NCBI GenBank assembly: GCA_900549525.1
Contig: UWSJ01000001.1
Span: 1 to 53,532 of the forward strand
Direction of reading: 5' to 3'
Origin: an uncultured Coriobacteriaceae bacterium
GTDB taxonomy: Bacteria > Actinomycetota > Coriobacteriia > Coriobacteriales > Atopobiaceae
Length of the DNA stretch: 53,532 bases
Notes under the pieces: generated by a model
Seen by the model: only the letters and a program-made list of their open reading frames with translations
Told to the model about the DNA's origin: nothing
Databases searched by the model: none
Part shown: positions 18,545 through 30,861 of the stretch, piece by piece
Numbering within the stretch: the first letter of the stretch is position 1
Layout of the letters: each line of letters begins with the position of its first letter
Position numbers and translations under genes: made by a program

Positions 18545-19093
18545 ATGTTCGGACAGCCTGAGCCCCTGTACACGCCCGAGTATGTTTGCACGGGCGACGA
18601 GGTCGCCGTCATCACCACCTCCAAGGGCACGATTCGCGTCAAGCTCGACGCGGTCGGCGCCCCCATCCACGTCGCCAACTTCTGCGAGCTCGCGAGCTCG
18701 GGCTTCTACGACGGCCTCAAGTTCCACCGCTACGTCGAGGGCTTCGTGATCCAGGGCGGCTGCCCCAACACCCGCGACATGACGAGCGCGGAGGTCGCGA
18801 GCGGGCGTCCCGGCCCTGACGGCATGCCCGGCACGGGCGGCCCCGGCTATCGCATCAAGCACGAGTACGACACGAACCCCCGTAACTCCCACGAGGACGG
18901 CGCCCTTGCCATGGCGCGCTCCCAGCACCCCGACTCCGCGGGCTCGCAGTTCTACCTCTGTCTCGGGCCGCAGCACTTCCTCGACCCCAACTACACCGTC
19001 TTCGGTCAGACGGTCGAGGGCAAGGACGTCATTTCCAAGCTTCGCGCCGGCGACGAGATCGTCTCCGTGCGCATCGAGCACGAGTCCCACTAA
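18545..19093 (+). CDS. Cyclophilin-type peptidyl-prolyl cis-trans isomerase
   Basis: FYDGLKFHR..GFVIQGG, GALAMAR, SAGSQFY, YTVFG; GGAGG SD. Confidence 0.93.
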   Translation: MFGQPEPLYTPEYVCTGDEVAVITTSKGTIRVKLDAVGAPIHVANFCELASSGFYDGLKFHRYVEGFVIQGGCPNTRDMTSAEVASGRPGPDGMPGTGGPGYRIKHEYDTNPRNSHEDGALAMARSQHPDSAGSQFYLCLGPQHFLDPNYTVFGQTVEGKDVISKLRAGDEIVSVRIEHESH

Positions 19094-19108
19094 CGAAGGG
19101 GAGCTCAG

Positions 19109-20479
19109 GTGAACACGCAAGCCTTTGAGATGGCCAAGGCCGCCTATCAGCGCGGAGACTGGGCGGGGGCCGCTGGTGCCCTCGCGAGCACCAAGGCGCC
19201 CGGCGAGCTTTCCGGCGAGGTCGACCACCTGCTTGGCAACGCCCTCATGAAGCTCGGGCGCTACGCCGAGGCCGCGGCCGCCTATGCCGACGCCCTCGCC
19301 GACGTCTCCTACGGTCACGTGGGGGCCCTCAACTGCAACCGAGGGCGCGCCCTCTCGGCCGTGGGGCGCGCCGACGAGGCGGTGGCGTGCTTCGAGGCGG
19401 CCGCCCAGGACCCCGACTACGCCACGCCCTACAAGGCCTATCTCGCGCTTGGTAACCTCTACACGAGGACGGGCATGATTCGCGAGGCCGGCACCGCCTG
19501 GCGCAACGCCGCCATCGACGAGGCCAACCCCGACCCGAGCGCCGCCCTCGTGAAGCTGGGTGGCTGCTTCATGCGGCTGGGACGCCCCGTCGACGCGGTC
19601 GAGGCCTATCGCACGGCGCTCGACTTCTCCACGGAAGGCGGTCAGGGCTCCATCTACGCGCAGCTCGGACTTGCCTACATGGCTTCCAATCGCGTGGCCG
19701 AGGCCGCGGACGCCTTCACCCAGGCCGTGTCCGACCCGAGCTACCAGCTCACGCCCGAGGAGCAGACGTCGTTCTCAGCCGCCCAGAAGGCCCTCGCGGC
19801 AATCCACGGCGACGGCCCCTCCGAGACCGACCAGCTGCTCGCGCACGCCGGCTACGGCGTCGACGGCCCCGATCCATCCAGCTCCGCCTCCCTCGACCCG
19901 CTCGACCCGATGGGCAAGTCCGGGGAGTTCATCCCCAGCCCCGAGGACACGGGCTTCTTCTCCGTCACGGAGGAGGACCTCATGAACGCCGACAAGCACG
20001 AGCGCAAGATGCGTCGCAAGCACTCGCACCGCGGCCTCAAGGTGCTCGTCGTCATCATCGTCCTGCTTGTGATCCTTGGCGGCGGCGGTGCCTTCGCCTA
20101 CTTCAAGGGCTACGGCTGGCCCACGCAGGAATCCGTCGTCTCTGACATGTTCGCCCAGGCGGCTTCCGGCAACGACATTGCCCCGTACCTCGCCGACGGC
20201 GTCACCTCCGACGTGAGCGCGCAGATCGAGGCCATCATGCCGCTGGGCGCCACGAGCAAGGTGACGGGCGTCGACCGCTCCGTGGCCAGCTCCACCGTCC
20301 TGGTTGAGGCCACGCTTTCAGACGGCGGCACGCAGGACTACACCGTCACCCTGGTCCGCAGCGGACTCGGCTGGAAGGTCACGGGCGTCGAGCTCAGCTT
20401 CTCCTCGCGGGGCGCCTCGACTACCTCCGGCACGCTCGCGACGACCTCCTCCGCCGCTACGCAGGCGGCTACGAACTAG
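19109..20479 (+). CDS. Tetratricopeptide-repeat membrane protein
   Basis: Repeated LG..L...GR..EA...Y/F..A TPR units, basic patch then TM helix, small C-terminal alpha/beta domain ending GWKV. Confidence 0.85.
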   Translation: MNTQAFEMAKAAYQRGDWAGAAGALASTKAPGELSGEVDHLLGNALMKLGRYAEAAAAYADALADVSYGHVGALNCNRGRALSAVGRADEAVACFEAAAQDPDYATPYKAYLALGNLYTRTGMIREAGTAWRNAAIDEANPDPSAALVKLGGCFMRLGRPVDAVEAYRTALDFSTEGGQGSIYAQLGLAYMASNRVAEAADAFTQAVSDPSYQLTPEEQTSFSAAQKALAAIHGDGPSETDQLLAHAGYGVDGPDPSSSASLDPLDPMGKSGEFIPSPEDTGFFSVTEEDLMNADKHERKMRRKHSHRGLKVLVVIIVLLVILGGGGAFAYFKGYGWPTQESVVSDMFAQAASGNDIAPYLADGVTSDVSAQIEAIMPLGATSKVTGVDRSVASSTVLVEATLSDGGTQDYTVTLVRSGLGWKVTGVELSFSSRGASTTSGTLATTSSAATQAATN

Positions 20480-20520
20480 ACCTCGTCCGCCTCGAGGCGG
20501 AGACCCGAAAGAATGGTGCC

Positions 20521-21564
20521 ATGTCGTTCTTTGACTCGATATTTGGTGAATACGGCGGTGACCTCGCCATCGATCTGGGCACGGCTAACACGCTCGTGTC
20601 GGTTCGCGGCGAGGGCATCGTCATCAACGAGCCCTCGGTGGTCGCCATCGACCAGAACGAGGAGCGCGTGCTCGCGGTGGGCGCCGACGCCAAGCGCATG
20701 GTCGGCCGCACCCCGGGCTCCATCACCGCCATTCGCCCGCTCAAGGACGGGGTCATCTCGGACTTTGACGTCACCGAGGTGATGCTTCGCTACTTCATCG
20801 AGAAGGCGTCCAAGCGCCGCTACCCGTGGAGCCCGCGCCCGCGCGTCGTCGTCTGTGTGCCCTCCGGCGTCACGAGCGTCGAGAAGCGCGCGGTCTTCGA
20901 GGCCACGATCCAGGCGGGCGCCCGCCAGGCGTTCCTCATCGAGGAGCCCATGGCGGCGGCCATCGGATCCAACCTCCCCATCGAGGACCCGACGGGCTCC
21001 ATGGTCGTCGACATCGGCGGCGGCACCACCGAGGTGGCCGTCATCGCGATGGGCGGCATCGTCGTCTCGCAGTCCATCCGTACGGCCGGCGACGAGTTCG
21101 ACCAGGTCATTCTCGAGCACGTCCGTGACGCCTACAACCTTTCCATCGGCGAGCGGACGGCCGAGGACATCAAGATCAAGGTGGGCTCAGCGGCGCCGCT
21201 CAAGGAGGAGCTCGACGTCGAGGTCAACGGCCGTGACGTCATAAACGGCCTTCCCAAGACCGTGCGCATCGAGAGTGAGGAGATTCGTCGGGCGCTCAAC
21301 GCCCCGCTCGACCAAGTCACCAAGGCCGTCAAGGACACCCTCGACGTGACGCCACCAGACCTTGCGAGCGACCTCATGTACTACGGCATCATGCTCACGG
21401 GTGGTGGTGGCCTGCTGCGCGGGCTCGACCAGCGGCTTCGCGAGGAAACGGGCGTCCCCGTCAACGTGAGCCCCACCGCACTTGAGAACGTCGTGCTCGG
21501 CTGCGCCAAGGTGCTTGACGCCAACGCGCTTTCGGGCGGCTTCGTGCAGAGCTCGGGCAAGTAG
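20521..21564 (+). CDS. mreB: Rod shape-determining actin-like protein
   Basis: IDLGTANT, IRPLKDGVI, IEEPMAAAIG, DIGGGTTE, TGGG. Confidence 0.97.
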   Translation: MSFFDSIFGEYGGDLAIDLGTANTLVSVRGEGIVINEPSVVAIDQNEERVLAVGADAKRMVGRTPGSITAIRPLKDGVISDFDVTEVMLRYFIEKASKRRYPWSPRPRVVVCVPSGVTSVEKRAVFEATIQAGARQAFLIEEPMAAAIGSNLPIEDPTGSMVVDIGGGTTEVAVIAMGGIVVSQSIRTAGDEFDQVILEHVRDAYNLSIGERTAEDIKIKVGSAAPLKEELDVEVNGRDVINGLPKTVRIESEEIRRALNAPLDQVTKAVKDTLDVTPPDLASDLMYYGIMLTGGGGLLRGLDQRLREETGVPVNVSPTALENVVLGCAKVLDANALSGGFVQSSGK

Positions 21565-21573
21565 GCGCGGCGC

Positions 21574-22596
21574 ATGGCGCAACGGTTTTCGGCTCCTCGC
21601 TCCTCCCTTGGGAGAGGGAGCCAGTCCGGCTTACCCAGACAGCTCGTCGTGCTCATCGTCCTCTCGCTTGCGCTAACGGTCGTGGGCGTTCGTGAGGGAG
21701 ACACGGGCCCGCTTCACACCGTCCGCGGGATGTTCCAGACGGTCACGACGCCGGTACGCTACGTGGGTGCCGCTGTGTCGGCACCCATCAGGGGCGTGTC
21801 GAACATCTTTGGCAACCTCACGGCTGACTCCGCGACGCTCTCCGACCTCCAGGCGGAAAACGAGCAGCTCAAGGCCGAGGTGACGCGTCTGACCGAGTAC
21901 GAGGACCAGGCCAACACGCTCTCTGACCTCCTGCAGCTCAGAAGCACCTACAGCCTGAACTCGACGGCGGCCCGCGTGATCGCGCAGTCGACCGACTCCT
22001 GGACGTCGACGATCACCATCGACAAGGGCTCCTCGTCGGGTCTTGCCGTGGGCATGCCGGCCACGAGCTCGACCGGCGTCATCGGCCAGGTGAGCGAGTG
22101 CGGGCCCACGACGGCGACCGTCCGTCTCGTCACAGACGAGAACTCCGGCGTCTCGGCCATGGTTCAGTCGAGCCGTGCGCAGGGCCAGCTCGTGGGCTCG
22201 GCAGATGGCGCCCTGCGCCTTACGCTCGTGAGGGCCGACCAGCAGGTGAACGTCGGTGACACTGTCATCACGAGCGGACTCGGCGGCGTCTACCCGAAGG
22301 GGTTGCCCATCGGGACGGTGAGCAACGTGACGAAGTCGTCGGGCGCGATGTACTACGACATCACGGTGGAGCCGCTTGCAAGTGCCGACACGCTCGAGGA
22401 GGTGCTCGTCATCACGTCGCTCTCGAGCGACCAGCAGGCTTCGGCCGATGACCAGAGCGCCGCCAACGCCCAGGACATGACGGCAAGCTCCGCTACCGCG
22501 GACGCGCAGGCAGGGCGGGCGAGCACGGACGCAAGCGCGTCGGCGGACACGTCGGGGGCCGCTACGGGCTCCTCGGACGGAACCTCGGGAAACTAG
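21574..22596 (+). CDS. mreC: Rod shape-determining protein MreC
   Basis: TM, coiled coil LQAENEQLK, IDKGS, TSGLGGVYPKGLPIG; synteny. Confidence 0.95.
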   Translation: MAQRFSAPRSSLGRGSQSGLPRQLVVLIVLSLALTVVGVREGDTGPLHTVRGMFQTVTTPVRYVGAAVSAPIRGVSNIFGNLTADSATLSDLQAENEQLKAEVTRLTEYEDQANTLSDLLQLRSTYSLNSTAARVIAQSTDSWTSTITIDKGSSSGLAVGMPATSSTGVIGQVSECGPTTATVRLVTDENSGVSAMVQSSRAQGQLVGSADGALRLTLVRADQQVNVGDTVITSGLGGVYPKGLPIGTVSNVTKSSGAMYYDITVEPLASADTLEEVLVITSLSSDQQASADDQSAANAQDMTASSATADAQAGRASTDASASADTSGAATGSSDGTSGN

Positions 22597-22608
22597 GGAG
22601 ATGAGCGC

Positions 22609-23163
22609 ATGATCGTCAACGACTCCAGTAAAAGCAGGCGCTCGTCCATCATCCTTGCCGTCGTGCTTGCCGTGGCGCAGCTTGCGCTCGTGCCCAACGT
22701 TGCCCTCCTCGGGGGGCGGGCGAACCTGGCGCTCGTCCTCGTAGGGTGCGCCTGCCTCGGCGGCAGCGCGTCCAAGGCCCCGCTCGTCGGCTTTGCGGCG
22801 GGATTGTTCTTCGACCTCGCGGGCTCCGGCCCCATCGGGCTCATGGCGCTCCTGCTCACCGTCTGCGGCTACCTGTTCGCCTCGGCCGACCGGAGCCGCG
22901 TGGCCGATGACCTCGGGGGATCGGTCGCGCTCTTCGTTCCGGCAGCCTTCGTCGTCGAGCTCGTCTATGCGGTCGTGCTGCTTGCGACCGGCCTGAGCTC
23001 CTCCTTCGTCGACGCGGTCTTTCTCCGCGCCATCCCGGGCGTCGTGCTCGACTGCGCCTCGTTCGCAATCGTCGGGCTCGCGCTCTCGCGCTTCCAGGGT
23101 CAGGGCTCGGGCATGGGCGGCGGTAGGCGCGGGGGCTCGCATCTCAGCATGAAGGGGCTCTAG
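22609..23163 (+). CDS. mreD: Rod shape-determining protein MreD
   Basis: Highly hydrophobic, GFAAGLFFD motif, between mreC and pbp2. Confidence 0.88.
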   Translation: MIVNDSSKSRRSSIILAVVLAVAQLALVPNVALLGGRANLALVLVGCACLGGSASKAPLVGFAAGLFFDLAGSGPIGLMALLLTVCGYLFASADRSRVADDLGGSVALFVPAAFVVELVYAVVLLATGLSSSFVDAVFLRAIPGVVLDCASFAIVGLALSRFQGQGSGMGGGRRGGSHLSMKGL

Positions 23164-23164
23164 C

Positions 23165-25186
23165 ATGCCCTTCGGGACCATCGTCCTCATAGCGGTCGTG
23201 CTCGTCGCGGCCGCGCTTATGGCCGTAGCGGCCCTTCGTCGCGGGGGTGGGAAGTTTACCTTCGACATTGGCGGCCAGACGCCGCGGGCAGCCGGCGGTA
23301 ACGACAACTCTCCCGAGAAGACCTTCAGGGGGCGCTTGGCCGGCCTCGGCGTGTTCGCCGGCTCGGTCATCGCCGTGCTCGTGGGCCGCGTCTGGTCGAT
23401 GCAGTTCCTCTCCGGTGACGAATACACCCAGCAGGCCGAGTCGAACCGCACGCGCACGGTGACCTCTGTGGCGCCGCGCGGGCGCATCCTCGACCGCAAC
23501 GGGGCCGAGCTCGTGACGAATCGACCGAGCCTGACGGTCACCGCAAAGTCCGACGTGGTGTCCGACGCCATCGAGGTGCAGCTGCTCGCGAACATCCTCG
23601 GCATGCCCTACATGGCGGCCCGGCGCAAGATCCAGGACTCGACCCAGGGCGCGCAGTCCACCCGAACCGTCGCCGCTGACGTTTCCCGCTCGACGGTGGC
23701 GTTCATTCAGGAGCACATCGACGCCTTCCCCGACGTCTCCATCGAGCAGCGTACGCAGCGCTCCTACCCCCACGGCGAGCTCGCCTGCCACCTGCTCGGC
23801 TACACCGGCACCGTGACCCAGGACCAGATCACCGCCTCGCAGCAGGAGGGCAGCGGTCTCGTGTACCAGAACGGCGACACGACCGGCCAGGCGGGCGTCG
23901 AGTTCCAGTACGAGGAGGTCCTGCAGGGCGTCCGTGGCGAGCAGACCGTCTACGTCGACTCGCACGGCAACATCACCTCCTACTCCACGTCGGTGCCGGC
24001 CGAGAGCGGATCCGACGTCGTGCTCACCATCGACCTCTCCATCCAGCAGGCCGCCGAGGCCGCGCTGGCCTCGGGCCTCGAGCGCGCGCAGCGCGTGGAC
24101 AAGGAGGCCATCTCCGGGGCCGTCGTGGCACTCGACGTCACCAACGGCGAGGTGCTTGCCATGGCAAGCGCCCCGAGCTTCAGGCCCGAGCTGTTCGTGG
24201 GCGGCATCTCCCAGGACGACTGGGACGCGCTCTCGAGCGACTCCGCCGGAAACCCCCTCATGAACCGTGCGGTCTCGGGCCAGTTCGTGGCGGCCTCCAC
24301 CATCAAGCCGCTCACGACCTTCGCCGCCGTCGACTACGGCATCGCCAACTCGGGCTCCACCTTCGACTGCAAGGGCTGGTGGACGGGCTTTGGGGAGGCG
24401 AGCGGCAAGTGGTGCTACAACCACAAGGGCCACGGCACCATGACGCTCGAGACGGGCATCCTCTACTCGTGCGACGTCGTCTTCTATGAGGTCGCGAAGG
24501 GGTTCTTCAACTCCAGCACGAAGGACGGCATGCAGGAAACCTTCCGCGCGTGGGGCCTGGGGTCCACCACGGGCATCGATTTGCCGAGCGAGGCCTCGGG
24601 CCGCGTGCCCGACGCGCAGTGGAAGTGGGACTACTTCAGCGACTGGCCCGACTCCGACCGCCAGTGGAACGGCGGCGACTACACCAACATCGCCATCGGG
24701 CAGGGTGACATCCTCGTCACCCCAATCCAGATGGCCTGCGCCTACGCCGGTATCGCCAACAGCGGCACCATCAACAAGCCCCACGTCCTCAAGGGCATTC
24801 TCGGCCGCGGCGACAACGGCGGCATGCTCGCCTACACGCCGCGCGCGAGCCTCACCCCCGACGTGACCCAGGCCGCCTACGACATCGCCCACGCGGGCCT
24901 GCTCCGCATGGTCTACGAGGAGAGCACCTCGATCGCGCGCCACTTCACCAACATGAGCGTGAAGGTGGCCGGCAAGACCGGCACGGGCGAGCACGGAAAC
25001 GGCACGCCGACGGCATGGTTTTGCGCCTACGCTCCGGCGGACAGCCCCAAGTACGCCGTCTGCTGCGTCATCGACAAGGGCGGTTACGGATCCACGACCT
25101 CGATGTTCGTCGTTCGCGACGTGCTCGGCGCCCTGTTTGGGGAGCCGGACACCTCGACGACCGAGGTCACCGACAGCACGCGCTAG
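23165..25186 (+). CDS. mrdA: Class B penicillin-binding protein 2
   Basis: APRGRILDRNG, GVEFQYE, LTID, STIK (SxxK), SCD, KTGT. Confidence 0.95.
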   Translation: MPFGTIVLIAVVLVAAALMAVAALRRGGGKFTFDIGGQTPRAAGGNDNSPEKTFRGRLAGLGVFAGSVIAVLVGRVWSMQFLSGDEYTQQAESNRTRTVTSVAPRGRILDRNGAELVTNRPSLTVTAKSDVVSDAIEVQLLANILGMPYMAARRKIQDSTQGAQSTRTVAADVSRSTVAFIQEHIDAFPDVSIEQRTQRSYPHGELACHLLGYTGTVTQDQITASQQEGSGLVYQNGDTTGQAGVEFQYEEVLQGVRGEQTVYVDSHGNITSYSTSVPAESGSDVVLTIDLSIQQAAEAALASGLERAQRVDKEAISGAVVALDVTNGEVLAMASAPSFRPELFVGGISQDDWDALSSDSAGNPLMNRAVSGQFVAASTIKPLTTFAAVDYGIANSGSTFDCKGWWTGFGEASGKWCYNHKGHGTMTLETGILYSCDVVFYEVAKGFFNSSTKDGMQETFRAWGLGSTTGIDLPSEASGRVPDAQWKWDYFSDWPDSDRQWNGGDYTNIAIGQGDILVTPIQMACAYAGIANSGTINKPHVLKGILGRGDNGGMLAYTPRASLTPDVTQAAYDIAHAGLLRMVYEESTSIARHFTNMSVKVAGKTGTGEHGNGTPTAWFCAYAPADSPKYAVCCVIDKGGYGSTTSMFVVRDVLGALFGEPDTSTTEVTDSTR

Positions 25187-25200
25187 GGGAGGGAGGTCAC

Positions 25201-26418
25201 ATGGCGGAAAACTCCGCGGGAGGGGTTGGCTTCGGCAGCGTCGTCTCCTCGCTGTTCGGCGGGGACGCGGGCAAGCGGCCGGGTTCGGCCCATGCGCGCA
25301 TGCCCCGTCGGCGCGGCATCCTCGGCGAGCTCTATTTCCCGGCGCTCGTGCCGGCGGCCCTGCTCGTCTGCTACGGCCTCGTCATCGTCTGGAGCGCGAG
25401 CCTCACCAACGCCAACGCGTCGTTTCTGCGCCAGGCCGTCGGCGCGGTCATTGGCCTTGCGGGGGCGGCGGTGCTGTGGCGCTATGACTACCGCAACCTC
25501 CAAAACCTCTCGACGTGGCTGCTCGTCCTCGACGTCATCATCATGCTCTTGCCGCGCGTCCCCGGCATCGCCTACGCGGCGAAGGGCATGACCGGCTGGG
25601 TGCAGCTCGGCCCCCTGCGCTTCCAGCCGTCCGAGATCGGCAAGCTCGTCACCATCTTCCTCATGGCGTCGCTCGGGGCCCAGTTCAACGGGCGCATCAA
25701 GGAGCTCAGGGACTACGTCAAGCTCTGCGCCACCCTGCTTGTGCCCTTCGTCGCCATCATGGTTCAGCCCGACCTCGGCACCGGCCTCATCCTCCTTGTG
25801 ACGGGCGCCGCCATCATCATCTGCAGCGGGGCTAGGCGCGAGTGGGTGCTCGTGACGCTCGCCCTCTTCGTGCTGGGATGCGCGCTCATCGTCGTGTGCT
25901 CGATGAACTTCGGCTTCCCGCTCAAGCAGTACCAGCTGGGCCGCCTCACCGTCTTCATCGACCCCACGGGCGACACCTCGGGAAACGGGTACAACCTCCA
26001 GCAGGCCAAGATCGCCGTCGGTTCGGGCGGACTCTTCGGCAAGGGCGTGGGTCACGCCACGCAGTCCGTGGGAGGCTTTCTTCCCGAGAGCCACACCGAC
26101 TTCGTCTTCGCCCTTCTTGCCGAGGAGTTTGGGTTCATGGGCGTGCTCATGCTCTTCGCGCTCTATGGCTGGCTCATCTTCGCCACGCTCGTCCTCGCCA
26201 TGAGGCTCGAGGCCCCCTTCGCGAAGCTCGTGCTGGCGGGCGTCGTGGCCATGTGGAGCTACCAGCTGCTGCAGAACGTGGGCATGTGCATCGGCATCAT
26301 GCCCATCACGGGCATCCCGCTGCCGTTCATCAGCTACGGCGCCACGTCGATGGTCATCCAGGTCACGAGCGTGGGCATCGTCCAGTCGGTCTACTATCAC
26401 AGGACGAAGTCTGCGTAG
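25201..26418 (+). CDS. rodA: SEDS peptidoglycan glycosyltransferase RodA
   Basis: FQPSEIGK, QPDLGT, GSGG..GKG, PESHTDF, PITGIPLPFISYG; ATG after GGAGG. Confidence 0.95.
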   Translation: MAENSAGGVGFGSVVSSLFGGDAGKRPGSAHARMPRRRGILGELYFPALVPAALLVCYGLVIVWSASLTNANASFLRQAVGAVIGLAGAAVLWRYDYRNLQNLSTWLLVLDVIIMLLPRVPGIAYAAKGMTGWVQLGPLRFQPSEIGKLVTIFLMASLGAQFNGRIKELRDYVKLCATLLVPFVAIMVQPDLGTGLILLVTGAAIIICSGARREWVLVTLALFVLGCALIVVCSMNFGFPLKQYQLGRLTVFIDPTGDTSGNGYNLQQAKIAVGSGGLFGKGVGHATQSVGGFLPESHTDFVFALLAEEFGFMGVLMLFALYGWLIFATLVLAMRLEAPFAKLVLAGVVAMWSYQLLQNVGMCIGIMPITGIPLPFISYGATSMVIQVTSVGIVQSVYYHRTKSA

Positions 26419-26428
26419 AGGAGGGCAC

Positions 26429-27310
26429 ATGCGAGTGAGAGACATTCCCGTCGGTGCGGTGCGCGACGTCTTCGCCGGCTTCGCCTCGCTGGGGGATTCG
26501 GGGCGCTCGGGCGTCCGCGTGACGGTCGTCATCGGCCCGAGGGCCCCGCACGCCCTCGTACTTGCGCTCAAGGAGGCGCTCGTCCCCGAGACGCCCTATG
26601 GCCTCGTGCACGTGGAGGCCCCGCTCAAGACGGGAGCGCTCGTCGTCAACCCCGACGCAGACCTTGCCATCGTCTGCGCCGGAGGCCGAGACGACGCCGC
26701 CGCCTACGCCCGTGCGTTCTCCGAGGCCGGGCTTCCCGTTGCCATTGCCGTGGAGTCAGGCGTCGACGCGCCCGAGGGCGAGGAGCTCGCAGGCGCCTCC
26801 GGGGTGTCGCTCGTCGCGGGCTCGAGTGCGGGCATCCTGCTCGACAAGCTCGCCGAGTGGATGGCGGACGTGTGCCCCGCGCGCGTCACGCTGGCGGCGA
26901 GCTTCCCGTTTTGCCGTCGGGCCGTCACGCAGCGGCTTGTCGCCCAGCGGGCCGCCCAGAACGCCGCGATTGGCGCCCTGCCGTTTGGGAACGGCTCCGA
27001 CCTCCCGCTTATGGCGGCCAACCAGGTGCTCATGGCGCTTGACATCGCCTCCGCCTATGGCGAGGGGGCCTCGCCCACGCGCGGGGCGGAACTGGCGGCG
27101 GTGGGGGCGTCCTCGCTTCTGGCCCGCTCCGTCGCGCGTCTTGCCGGCCGCGCGCTTCCCGGTCTCGGGTGGCTCGCGCGTCCCGTCGTTGCGTACGGGG
27201 TGACGGAGCTTCTCGGCCGCGCGCTTGTGGTAAGCCACGAACTCTCCCGTACGACCGGCGAGAGGGGGTCGCTGCTTGGGCGCGGCATGGCTTCGGGGAA
27301 GGGCGCCTAG
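26429..27310 (+). CDS. Hypothetical protein, DUF697/YcjF-like C-terminal hydrophobic region
   Basis: GAGGAGG SD directly after rodA; AIGALPF..SDLPLM..NQ..M...IA..YG pattern resembles DUF697 proteins. Confidence 0.65.
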   Translation: MRVRDIPVGAVRDVFAGFASLGDSGRSGVRVTVVIGPRAPHALVLALKEALVPETPYGLVHVEAPLKTGALVVNPDADLAIVCAGGRDDAAAYARAFSEAGLPVAIAVESGVDAPEGEELAGASGVSLVAGSSAGILLDKLAEWMADVCPARVTLAASFPFCRRAVTQRLVAQRAAQNAAIGALPFGNGSDLPLMAANQVLMALDIASAYGEGASPTRGAELAAVGASSLLARSVARLAGRALPGLGWLARPVVAYGVTELLGRALVVSHELSRTTGERGSLLGRGMASGKGA

Positions 27311-27368
27311 CCGACGAGGCGCGTGTGCCGCTGCCATGGAAAACGCACGCAGTATGCTCCGTTTTTCG

Positions 27369-27397
27369 TTGACGAACCACAATCCGTGGCGTAACAT
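27369..27397 (+). promoter_or_regulatory. Sigma70-type promoter of rplU-rpmA
   Basis: TTGACG-17 nt-TAACAT. Confidence 0.75.
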
Positions 27398-27438
27398 CAC
27401 CAGCTGTTGCACTAACCACAGCACCGAAGGGCTCATAC

Positions 27439-27789
27439 ATGTACGCAATCATCTCGACTGGCGGCAAGCAGTACAAGGTTGCCAAGGGCGACGTCTTTGA
27501 CGTCGAGAAGCTCGACGCGCAGCCTGGCGACGAGGTTAAGCTCGACGTTCTGATGCTCAATGACGGCAAGACGGTTCTTGTCGACTCCGCCGCGCTCGCC
27601 AAGAAGAAGGTCACCTGCAAGGTCGTCGAGCAGTTCAAGGGCGCCAAGCAGCTTGTCTTTAAGTTCCAGAAGCGCAAGCGCTACCAGCGCAAGAAGGGCC
27701 ACCGTCAGAACCTCACCAAGCTCGAGGTCACGGGCATGCCTCGCATCACGTCCTCCGCGGCCAAGACCGCGTCGACGGACGCCGAGTAA
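27439..27789 (+). CDS. rplU: 50S ribosomal protein L21
   Basis: MYAII.TGGKQYKV, KGHRQ. Confidence 0.98.
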   Translation: MYAIISTGGKQYKVAKGDVFDVEKLDAQPGDEVKLDVLMLNDGKTVLVDSAALAKKKVTCKVVEQFKGAKQLVFKFQKRKRYQRKKGHRQNLTKLEVTGMPRITSSAAKTASTDAE

Positions 27790-27821
27790 GACAGATCTAG
27801 ACAGATAGGCAGGTACCTCTC

Positions 27822-28079
27822 ATGGCACACAAGAAGGGTCAGGCAAGCTCGCGCAACGGCCGCGACTCCGCCGCTCAGCGACTTGGCACCAAGATCTTCG
27901 GCGGCCAGGCCATCAAGACCGGTCAGATTATCGTTCGTCAGCGTGGTACGCACATCACCCCGGGCGAGAATGTGGGCCGCGGCAAGGACGACACGCTGTT
28001 CGCTCTCTGCGACGGTACGGTCGAGTTCGTGAAGGGTGCCAAGCACCGAGTTCACGTTCGTCCGGTGCAGGAGGCCTAG
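27822..28079 (+). CDS. rpmA: 50S ribosomal protein L27
   Basis: [30 protein letters not shown]. Confidence 0.98.
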   Translation: MAHKKGQASSRNGRDSAAQRLGTKIFGGQAIKTGQIIVRQRGTHITPGENVGRGKDDTLFALCDGTVEFVKGAKHRVHVRPVQEA

Positions 28080-28113
28080 GGCTTCCGGTTGCACGTCATG
28101 TAGTGCATGTATG

Positions 28114-28148
28114 GACCCTCGGCCTCAATTCGGCCGAGGGTCTTCTTT
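28114..28148 (+). terminator. Intrinsic terminator after rpmA
   Basis: GACCCTCGGCC/GGCCGAGGGTC stem then TTCTTT. Confidence 0.8.
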
Positions 28149-28156
28149 GTATGTGA

Positions 28157-30786
<2,630 letters not shown>

Positions 30787-30861
30787 TTCGTCATCCTCGC
30801 CTCGCGAATAGCGCTCGGGGGAGGGGGATACACTAGGCGCATACCTACCGAAGGGGGACGT

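Noticed and set aside
27790..27822. Missing prp/ysxB between rplU and rpmA
   Set aside because: L27 starts at MAHKKG with no N-terminal extension, so the protease is not needed
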